Assembly: GCF_009914755.1 (NCBI RefSeq)
Contig: NC_060943.1
DNA: 64,000 nucleotides
Strand: one strand, 5' to 3'
Source: the human T2T-CHM13v2.0 reference genome, Homo sapiens
Position numbers and translations under genes: made by a program. Shown one piece after another: positions 40,901 through 52,900 of this stretch (positions within the stretch are counted from its first letter, which is position 1; each line of letters begins with the position of its first letter). A model generated the notes under the pieces. The model worked only from the letters and a program-made list of their open reading frames with translations. It made no database searches and was not told the origin of the DNA.

Positions 40901-43900
40901 TTGTCATCTGTCCATTCAACTCACAGTGTTGAACCTTCCTTTTTCTGGAGCAGTTTTGAAACACACTTTTTGGAGAATCTGCAAGTGGATATTTGGAGCG
41001 CTTTGAGGCCTATGGTAGAAAAAGAAATATCTGCCTCTAAAAACTAGGCAGAAGCATTCTGAGAAACTAATTTGTGATGTTTGCATTCAACTACCACAGA
41101 TGAACCTTCCTTTTGATAGGGCAGTTTGGAAACACTCTTTTTGTAGAATCTGCATGTGGATATCTGGAGCGATTTGAGGCCTATGGTCAAAAATGTAATC
41201 TCTTCCTGGGAAAAATAGACGAAAGCATTCTCAGAAACCGCTTTGTGATATGTGCATTCCACTCACCGAGTTGAAACTTTTTTTGATAGAGCAGTTTTGA
41301 AACACTTTGTAGAATCTCAAAGTGGATATTTGGAGCTCTTTGAGGGCTATGGCGGAAAAGAAAATATATTCACATTAAACTTGACAGCAGCATTCTCAGA
41401 AACTTATTTATGATGTTTGCACTAAACTCACAGAGTTGAACATACCTTTCCGTAGAGCAGTTTTGAAACACTCTGTTTGTGGGATCCGCAAGTGGATATT
41501 TGGACCGCTTTGAGACCTTTGCTGGAAATGGGAATATCTTCACATATAAACTAGACAGAAGCATTCTCAGAAACTTCTTCGTGATGTGTGCATTCTACTC
41601 CCAAATTTGAATCTTCCTTATCATGAAGCAGTTTTGAAACACTCTATTTGTGCAATCTACAATTGGATAATTGGAACGCTTTGAAGCCCATGGTAGAAAA
41701 GGAAATATCCTCTTATAGAAACTAGACAGAAAGATTCACAGAAACGCTTTGTGATGTGTGCATTCAAATCACGGATTTGAAACTTTCTTTTGTTAGAGCA
41801 GTTTTGAAACACTGTTTCTGTGGAATGTGCCTGCGGACACTTGGAGCGCTTTGAGGGCTATGGTGGAGAAGGAAATATCTACACATAAAAACTAGAAAGA
41901 AGCATTCTCAGAAACATCTATGTGAAATGTGCATTCAACTCACAGAGTTGAACCTTCCTTTTGATTGAACAGTTTTGAAACATTCTTTTGAAGAATTGCA
42001 GGTGAATCTTTGGAGCGCTTGGAAGCCTTTGTTGGAAATGGGAATATCTTCACACACAAACTAGCCAGAAGCATTCTAAGAAACTTCTTTGTGATGTGTG
42101 CGATGAACCCAGAGAGATGAACCTTTCCTTTGATAGAGCAGTTTTGAAAAGTGTTTTTGTAAGATCTGCAAGCGGATAATTGGCTTCCCTTTGTGTCCTC
42201 TGGTGGAAATGTGAATATCTTCTAATAAAAACTAGACAGAAATATTCTCAGAATCTTCTTTGTGATGTGGGTATTCAACTAACACAGTTGAACCTTTCTT
42301 TTGACAGAGCAGTTTTGAAACACACTTTTAGTAGAATCTGCCCGTGGATATTTGGGGCGCTTTGAGGGCTATTGTGCAAATGGAAATATCTTCACCTAAA
42401 TACTAGACAGAAGCATTCTCAGAAACTACGTTGTGATGTTTGCATTCAACTCACAGTGTTGAACATACCTCTTCATAGAGCAGTTTTGAAAACCTCTTTT
42501 GGTAGAATCTGCAAGTGGATATTTGGACCACTTTGAGGTCTTCATAGGAAACAGTAATATCTTCACATAAAAACTAGATGGAAGCATTCTCAGAAACTTC
42601 TTTGTGATGTGTGAATTCAACTCACAGAGTTGAACGTTCCTTTAACAGAGCAGTTTTGAAACACTCTTTTTGTAGAATCTGCAAGTAGATATTTGGAGCG
42701 CTTTGAGGCCTTCGTTGCAAACCGGAATGTCTTCACATAAAAAGTAGATAGAGGCATTCTCAGAAACTTTTTTGTGATATGTAGATTCAGTTCACAGCGT
42801 TGAACCTTTCTTTTGATAGAGCAGTTTTGAAAAACTCTTTTATCGAATCTGTAAGTAGACATTTGGAGTGCTTTGAGGGCTGTGGTCGAAAAGGAAATAT
42901 CTTCACATAGAAACTAGACTGAAGCATTCTCAGCAACTTCTTTGTGACGTTTGAATTCATCTCACAGTGATGAACATACCTTTTCATAGAGCAGTTTTGA
43001 AACACTCTTTTTGTAGAATCTGCAATTGGATATTTGGACTGCGTTGAGCCCCTCACTGGAAACGGGAATATCTTCACATAAAAACTAGACAGATGTATTC
43101 TCAGAAACTTCCTTGTGATCTGTCCATTAAACTCACAGAGTTGAACCTTCCGTTTTATGGAGCCGTTTTGAAACACTGTTTTTGTAGAATCTGCAAGTGG
43201 ATATTTGGAGCGCTTTGAGGCCTAAGGTAGAAAAAGAAATATCTGCATATAAAAACTAGACAGAAGCATTCTCAGAAACTTCTTTGTGATGTTTGCATTC
43301 AACTACCAGAGTTGAACCTTCCTTTTGATAGAGCAGTTTTGAAACACTCTTTTTGTAGAATCTGCACGTGGATATCTGGAGCGATTTTTGAGGCCTACGT
43401 TCGAAAAGGAAATATCTTCCTATGAAAAATAGACAAAAACATTCTCAGAAACTACTTTGTGTTATGTGCATTCAACTCACAGAGTAGAACCTTTTTTTTG
43501 ATATAGCCGTTTTGAAACGCTCTGTAGAAACTGAAAGTGGATATTTGGAGCTATTTGAGGGCTATGGTGGAAAAGAAAATATATTCACATTAAACTAGAC
43601 AGAAGCATTCTCAGAAACTTCTGTATGATGTTTGCATTAAACTCACAGAGTTGAACATACCTTTCCATAGAGCAGTTTTGAAACACTCTTTTTGTGGAAT
43701 CCGCAAGTGGATATTTGGACCGCTTTGAGACCTTCGCTGGAAATGGGAATATCTTCACATATAAACTATACAGAAGCATTCTCAGAAACTTCTTCGTGAT
43801 GTGTGCATTCTACTACCAAAGTTCAACATTCCTTTTCATAAAGCAGTTTTGAAACACTCCTTTTGTACTATCTACAATTGGATATTTTGAACGCTTTGAT

Positions 43901-46900
43901 GCCCGTGGAAGAAAAGGAAATCTCCTCATATAAAAACTAGACAGAAGGATTCACAGAAACTGCTTTGTGATGTCAGCATTCAAATCACGGTGTTGAACCT
44001 TTCTTTTGTTAGAGCAGTTTTGAAACGCTGTTTCTGTGGAATCTGCCAGTGGACATTTGGAGCCCATTGAGGGCAATTGTGGAGAAAGAAATATCTTACA
44101 TAAAAACTAGAAAGAAGCATTCTGAGAAACATCTATGTGAAGTGTGCATTCAACTCACGGAGTTGAACCTTCCTTTTGATAGAACAGTTTTGAAACATTC
44201 TTTTGTACAATTTCAGGTTAATATTTGGAGCGCCTTTAAGCCTTTGTTGGAAATGGGAATATCTTCACATACAAACTAGCCAGAAGCATTCTCAGAAACT
44301 TCTTTGTGATGTGTGCATTGAACCCAGAGAGATGAACCTTTCCTTTGATAGAGCAGTTTTGAAACGTGTTTTTGTAAGATCTGCAAGTGGATATTTGGGG
44401 CGCTTTGAGTCCTTTGGTGGAAACGGGAATATCTTCTAATAAAAACTAGACCGAAATATTCTCAGAATCTTCTTTGTGATGTGGGCATTCAACTAACACA
44501 GTTGAACATTTCTTTTGACAGAGCAGTTTTGAAACACACTTTTAGTAGAATCTGCCAGTGGATATTTGGGGTGCTTTGAGGGCTATTGTGCAAATGGAAA
44601 TATCTTCACCTAAATACTAGACAGAAGCATTCTCAGAAACTACGTTGTGATGTTTGCATTCAACTCACAGTGTTGAACATACCTCTTCATAGAGCAGTTT
44701 TGAAAACCTCTTTTGGTAGAATCTGCAAGTGGATATTTGGACCACTTTGAGGCCTTCATAGGAAACAGTAATATCTTCGCATAAAAACTAGATGGAAGCA
44801 TTCTCAGAAACTTCTTTGTGATGTGTGAATTCAACTCACAGAGTTGAACGTTCCTTTAACAGAGCAGTTTTGAAACACTCTTTTTGTAGAATCTGCAAGT
44901 AGATATTTGGAGCGCTTTGAGGCCTTCGTTGGAAACCGGAATGTCTTCACATAAAAAGTAGATAGAGGCATTCTCAGAAACTTTTTTGTGATATGTAGAT
45001 TCAGTTCACAGCGTTGAACCTTTCTTTTGATAGAGCAGTTTTGAAAAACTCTTTTATCGAGTCTGCAAGTAGACATTTGGAGTGCTTTGAGGGCTGTGGT
45101 CGAAAAGGAAATATCTTCACATAGAAACTAGACTGAAGCATTCTCAGCAACTTCTTTGTGACGTTTGAATTCATCTCACAGTGTTGAACATACCTTTTCA
45201 TAGAACAGTTTTGAAACACTATTTTTGTAGAATCTGCAATTGGATATTTGGACTGCGTTGAGCCCCTCACTGGAAACGGGAATATCTTCACATAAAAACT
45301 AGACAGATGTATTCTCAGAAACTTCCTTGTGATCTGTCCATTAAACTCACAGAGTTGAACCTTCCGTTTTATGGAGCCGTTTTGAAACACTGTTTTTGTA
45401 GAATCTGCAAGTGGATATTTGGAGCGCTTTGAGGCCTAAGGTAGAAAAAGAAATATCTGCATATAAAAACTAGACAGAAGCGTTCTCAGAAACTTCTTTG
45501 TGATGTTTGCATTCAACTACCAGAGTTGAACCTTCCTTTTGATAGAGGAGTTTTGAAACGCTCTTTTTGTAGAATCTGCACGTGGATACCTGGAACGATT
45601 TTTGAGACCTATGTCTCAAAAGGAAATATCTTCCTATGAAAAATAGACAAAAGCATTCTCAGAAACTACTTTGTGTTATGTGCATTCAACTCACAGAGTA
45701 CAACCTTTTTTTTGATAGAGTAGTTTTGAAACACTCTGTAGAATCTGAAAGTGGATATTTGGAGCTCTTTGAGGGCTATGGTGGAAAAGAAAATATATTC
45801 ACATTAAACTAGCCAGAAGCATTCTCAGAAACTTCTTTATGATGTTTGCATTAAACTCACAGAGTTGAACATACCTTTCCATAGAGCAGTTTTGAAACAC
45901 TCTTTTTGTGGAATCCGCAAGCGGATATTTGGACCGCTTTGAGACCTTCGCTGCAATGGGAATGTCTTCACATATAAACTAGACAGAACCATTCTCAGAA
46001 ACTGCTACATGATGTGTGCATTCAACTCACAGAGTTGAACCTTCCTTTTCATAAAGCAGTTTTGAAACACTCCTTTTGAAACGTGTTTCTGTAAGATCTG
46101 CAAGTGGATATTTGGGACGCTTTGAGTCCTTAGGTGGAAACGGGAATATCTTCTAATAAAAACTAGACAGAAATATTCTCAGAATCTTCTTTGTGATGTG
46201 GGCATTCAACTAACACAGTTGAACATTTCTTGTGACAGAGCAGTTTTGAAACACTCTTTTTGTAGAATCTGCCAGTGGATATTTGGAGCGCTTTGAGGGC
46301 TTTGTAGAAATGGAAAAGTCTTCACCTAAAAACTAGACAGAAGCATTCTCAGAAACTGCTTTGTGATGTTTGCATTCAACTCACAGAGTTGAACATACCT
46401 CTTCATAGAGCAGTTTTGAAAACCCCTTTTTGTAGAATCTGCAAGTGGATATTTGGACCACTTTGAGGCCTTCATAGAAAACAGTAATATCTTCACATAA
46501 AGACTAGATGGAAGCATTCTCGGAAACTTCTTAGTGATGTGTGAATTCAACTCACAGAGTTGAACCTTCGTTAAATAGAGCAGTTTTGAAACACTCTTTT
46601 TGTGGAATCTGCAATAGATATTTGGAGCGCTTTGAGGCCTTCGTTGGAAACCGGAATGTCTTCACATAAAAAGTAGATAGAGGCATTCTCAGAAACTTTT
46701 TTGTGATATGTAGATTCAACTCACAGTGTTGAACCTTTCTTTTGATTGAGCTGTTTTGAAAAACTCTTTTATCGAATCTGTAAGTAGACATTTGGAGTGC
46801 TTTGAGGGCTGTGGTCGAAAAGGAAATATCTTCCCATAGAAACTAGACTGAAGCATTCTCAGCAACTTCTTTGTGTCGTTTGCATTCATCTCACAGTGTT

Positions 46901-49900
46901 GAACATACCTTTTCATAGAGCAGTTTTGAAACACTCTTTTTGTAGAATCTGCAATTGGATATTTGGACTGCGTTGAGGCCTCCACTGGAAACGGGAATAT
47001 CTTCACATAAACACTAGACAGAAGCATTCTCAGAAACTTCTTTGTGATCTGTCCATTCAACTCACACAGTTGAACCTTCCTTTTTATGGAGCCGTTTTGA
47101 AACACTGTTTTTGTAGAATCTGCAAGTGGATATTTGGAGCGCTTTGGGGCCTAAGGTATAAAAAGAAATATCTGCATATCAAAACTAGACAGAGGCATTC
47201 TCAGAAACTTCTTTGTGATGTTTGCATTCAACTACCAGAGTTGAACCTTCCTTTTGATAGAGCAGTTTTGAAACACTCTTTTTGTAGAATCTGCATGTAA
47301 ATATCTGGAGCGATTTTTGAGGCCTGTGGTCAAAAAGGAAATATCTTCCTATGAAAAATAAACAAAAGCATTCTCAGAAACTACTTTGTGTTATGTGCAT
47401 TCCACTCACAGAGTTGAAACTTTTTTTTGATAGAGCAGTTTTGAAACACTTTGTAGAATCTGAAAGTGGATATTTGGAGCTCTTTGAGGGCTATGGTAGA
47501 AAAGAAAATATATTCACATTAAACTAGACAGAAGCATTCTCAGAAACTTCTTTATGATGTTTGCATTAAACTCACAGAGTTGAACATACCTTTCCATAGA
47601 GCAGTTTTGAAACACTCTTTTTGTGGAATCCGCAAGTGAATATTTGGACCGCTTTGAGACCTTCGCTGGAAATGGGAATATTTTCACATATAAACTGGAC
47701 AGAAGCATTCTCAGAAACTTCTTCATGATGTGTGCATTCTACTCCCAAAGTTGAACCTTCCTTTTCATAAAGCAGTTTTGAAACACTCCTTTTGTACAAT
47801 CTACAATTGGATAATTGGAACGCTTTGATGCCCGTGGAAGAAAAGGAAATCTCCTCATATAAAAACTAGACAGAAGGATTCACAGAAACTGCTTTGTGAT
47901 GTGTGCATTCAAATCACGGAGTTGGACCTTTCTTTTGTTAGAGCAGTTTTGAAACACTGTTTCTGTGGAATCTGCCAGTGGACATTTGGAGCGCATTGAG
48001 GGCTATGGTGGAGAAGGAAATATCTTCACAGAAAAACTAGAAAGAAGCATTCTCAGAAACATCTATGTGAAGTGTGCCTTCAACACACAGAGTTGAACCT
48101 TCCCTTTGACAGAACAGTTTTGAAACTCACTTTTGTACAATTGCAGGTGAATATTTGGAGCGCCTTGAAGCCTTTGTTGGAAGTGGGAATATCTTCACAT
48201 ACAAACTAGCCAGAAGCATTCTCAGAAACTTCTTTGTGATGTGTGCATTGAACCCAGAGAGATGAACCTTTCCTTTGATAGAGCAGTTTTGAAACGTGTT
48301 TCTGTAAGATCTGCAAGTGGATATTTGGGGCGCTTTGAGTCCTTTGGTGGAAACGGGAATATCTTCTAATAAAAACTAGACAGAAATATTCTCAGAATCT
48401 TCTTTGTGATGTGGGCATTCAACTAACACAGTTGAACATTTCTTGTGACAGAGCAGTTTTGAAACACTCTTTTTGTAGAATCTGCCAGTGGATATTTGGA
48501 GCGCTTTCAGGGCTATTGCACAAATGGAAAAGTCTTCACATAAAAACTAGACAGAAGCATTCTCAGAAACTACTTTGTGATGTTTGCATTCAACTCACAG
48601 AGATGAACATACCTCTTTATAGAGCAGTTTTGAAATCCTCTTTCTGTAGAATCTGCAAGTGGATATTCGGACCACTTTGAGGCCTTCATAGAAAACAGTA
48701 ATATCTTCACATAAAAACTAGATTCAAGCATTCTCGGAAACTTCTTTGTGATGTGTGAATTCACCTCACAGAGTTGAACCTTCGATAAATAGAGCAGTTT
48801 TGAAACACTCTTTTTGTAGAATCTGCAATAGATATTTGGAGCGCTTTGAGGCCTTCGTTGGAAAACGGAATGTCTTCACATAAAAAGTAGATAGAGTCAT
48901 TCTCAGAAACTTTTTTGTGATATGTAGATTCAACTCACAGCGTTGAACCTTTCTTTTGATAGAGCAGTTTTGAAAAACTCTTTTATCGAGTCTGCAAGTA
49001 GACATTTGGAGTGCTTTGAGGGCTGTGGTCGAAAAGGAAATATCTTCACATAGAAACTAGACTGAAGCATTCTCAGCAACTTCTTTGTGACGTTTGAATT
49101 CATCTCACAGTGTTGAACATACCTTTTCATAGAGCAGTTTTGAAACACTATTTTTGTAGAATCTGCAATTGGATATTTGGACTGCGTTGAGCCCCTCACT
49201 GGAAACGGGAATATCTTCACATAAAAACTAGACAGATGTATTCTCAGAAACTTCCTTGTGATCTGTCCATTAAACTCACAGAGTTGAACCTTCCGTTTTA
49301 TGGAGCCGTTTTGAAACACTGTTTTTGTAGAATCTGCAAGTGGATATTTGGAGCGCTTTGAGGCCTAAGGTAGAAAAAGAAATATCTGCATATCAAAACT
49401 AGACAGAAGCGTTCTCAGAAACTTCTTTGTGATGTTTGCATTCAACTACCAGAGTTGAACCTTCCTTTTGATAGAGCAGTTTTGAAACGCTCTTTTTGTA
49501 GAATCTGCACGTGGATATCTGGAGCGATTTTTGAGGCCTACGTTCAAAAAGGAAATATCTTCCTATGAAAAACAGACAAAAGCATTCTCAGAAACTACTT
49601 TGTGTTATGTGCATTCAACTCACAGAGTTGAACCTTTTTTTTGATAGAGCCGTTTTGAAACACTCTGTAGAAACTGAAAGTGGATATTTGGAGCTATTTG
49701 AGGGCTATGGTGGAAAAGAAAATATATTCACATTAAACTAGACAGAAGCATTCTCAGAAACTTCTTTATGATGTTTGCATTAAACTCACAGAGTTGAACA
49801 TACCTTTCCATAGAGCAGTTTTGAAACACTCTTTTTGTGGAATCCGCAAGTGGATATTTGGACCGCTTTGAGACCTTCGCTGGAAATGGGAATATCTTCA

Positions 49901-52900
49901 CATATAAATTAGACAGAAGCATTCTCAGAAACTTCTTCGTGATGTGTGCATTCTACTACCAAAGTTCAATATTCCCTTTCATAAAGCAGTTTTGAAACAC
50001 TCCTTTTGTACAATCTACAATTGGATAATTGGAACGCTTTGATGCCCGTGGAAGAAAAGGAAATCTCCTCATATAAAAACTAGACAGAAGGATTCACAGA
50101 AACTGCTTTGTGATGTCAGCATTCAAATCACAGAGTTGAACCTTTCTTTTGTTAGAGCAGTTTTGAATCGCTGTTTCTGTGGAATCTGCCAGTGGACATT
50201 TGGAGCCCATTGAGGGCAATTGTGGAGAAGGAAATATCTTACATAAAAACTAGAAAGAAGCATTCTGAGAAACATCTATGTGAAGTGTGCATTCAACTCA
50301 CGGAGTTGAACCTTCCTTTTGATAGAACAGTTTTGAAACATTCTTTTGTACAATTTCAGGTGAATATTTGGAGCGCCTTTAAGCCTTTGTTGGAAATGGG
50401 AATATCTTCACATACAAACTAGCCAGAAGCATTCTCAGAAACTTCTTTGTGATGTGTGCATTGAACCCAGAGAGATGAACCTTTCCTTTGATAGAGCAGT
50501 TTTGAAACGTGTTTTTGTAAGATCTGCAAGTGGATATTTGGGGCGCTTTGAGTCCTTTGGTGGAAACGGGAATATCTTCTAATAAAAACTAGACCGAAAT
50601 ATTCTCAGAATCTTCTTTGTGATGTGGGCATTCAACTAACACAGTTGAACATTTCTTTTGACAGAGCAGTTTTGAAACACACTTTTAGTAGAATCTGCCA
50701 GTGGATATTTGGGGCGCTTTGAGGGCTATTGTGCAAATGGAAATATCTTCACCTAAATACTAGACAGAAGCATTCTCAGAAACTACGTTGTGATGTTTGC
50801 ATTCAACTCACAGTGTTGAACATACATCTTCATAGAGCAGTTTTGAAAACCTCTTTTGGTAGAATCTGCAAGTGGATATTTTGACCACTTTGAGGCCTTC
50901 ATAGGAAACAGTAATATCTTCACATAAAAACTAGATGGAAGCATTCTCAGAAACTTCTTTGTGATGTGTGAATTCAACTCACAGAGTGGAACCTTCCTTT
51001 AACAGAGCAGTTTTGAAACACTCTTTTTGTAGAATCTGCAAGTAGATATTTGGAGCGCTTTGAGGCCTTCGTTGGAAACCGGAATGTCTTCACATAAAAA
51101 GTAGATAGAGGCATTCTCAGAAACTTTTTTGTGATATGTAGATTCAGTTCACAGCGTTGAACCTTTCTTTTGATAGAGCAGTTTTGAAAAACTCTTTTCT
51201 CGAATCTGGAAGTAGACATTTGGAGTGCATTGAGGGCTGTGGTCGAAAAGGAAATATCTTCCCATAGAAACTAGACTGAAGCATTCTCAGCAACTTCTTT
51301 GTGACGTTTGAATTCATCTCACAGTGTTGAACATACCTTTTCATAGAGCAGTTTTGAAACACTATTTTTGTAGAATCTGCAATTGGATATTTGGACAGCG
51401 TTGAGGCCTTCAATGGAAACGGGAATATCTTCACATAAAAACTAGACAGAAGGATTCTCAGAAACTTCCTTGTGATCTGTCCATTCAACACACAGAGTTG
51501 AACTTTCCTTTTTATGGAGCCGTTTTGAAACACTGTTTTTGTAGAATCTGAAAGTGGATATTTGGAGCGCTTTGAGGCTTAAGGTAGAAAAAGAAATATC
51601 TGCATATCAAAACTAGACAGAAGCATTCTCAGAAACTTCTTTGTGATGTTTGCATTCAACTACCAGAGTTGAACCTTCCTTTTGATAGAACAGTTTTGAA
51701 ACGCTCTTTTTGTAGAATCTGCATGTGGATACCTGGAGCGATTTTTGAGACCTATGTCTCAAAAGGAAATATCTTCCTATGAAAAATAGACAAAAGCATT
51801 CTCAGAAACTACTTTGTGTTATGTGCATTCAACTCACAGAGTACAACCTTTTTTTTGATAGAGCAGTTTTGAAACACTCTGTAGAATCTGAAAGTGGATA
51901 TTTGGAGCTCTTTGAGGGCTATGGTGGAAAAGAAAATATATTCACATTAAACTAGCCAGAAGCATTCTCAGAAACTTCTTTATGATGTTTGCATTAAACT
52001 CACAGAGTTGAACATACCTTTCCATAGAGCAGTTTTGAAACACTCTTTTTGTGGAATCCGCAAGCGGATATTTGGACCGCTTTGAGACCTTCGCTGGAAA
52101 TGGGAATGTCTTCACATATAAACTAAACAGAACCATTCTCAGAAACTGCTACGTGATGTGTGCATTCAACTCACAGAGTTGAACCTTCCTTTTCATAAAG
52201 CAGTTTTGAAACACTCCTTTTGTACAATCTACAATTGGATATTTGGAACGCTTTGATGCCCGTGGTAGAAAAGGAAATCTCCTCATATAAAAACTAGACA
52301 GAAGGATTCACAGAAACTGCTTTGTGATGTGTGCATTCAAATCACGGAGTTGGACGTTTCTTTTGTTAGAGCAGTTTTGAAACACTGTTTCTGTGGAATC
52401 TGCCAGCGGACATTTGGAGCGCATTGAGGGCTATGGTGGAGAAGGAAATATCTTCACATAAAAACTAGAAAGAAGCATTCTCAGAAACATCTATGTGAAG
52501 TGTGCATTCAACTCACAGAGTTGAACCTTCCTTTTGACAGAACAGTTTTGAAACACACTTTTGTACAATTGCAGGTGAATATTTGGAGCGCCTTGAAGCC
52601 TTTGTTGGAAGTGGGAATATCTTCACATACAAACTAGCCAGAAGCATTCTCAGAAACTTCTTTGTGATGTGTGCATTGAACCCAGAGAGATGAACCATTC
52701 CTTTGATAGAGCAGTTTTGAAACGTGTTTCTGTAAGATCTGCAAGTGGATATTTGGGACGCTTTGAGTCCTTTGGTGGAAACGGGAATATCTTCTAATAA
52801 AAACTAGACCGAAATATTCTCAGAATCTTCTTTGTGATGTGGGCATTCAACTAACACAGTTGAACATTTCTTGTGACAGAGCAGTTTTGAAACACTCTTT

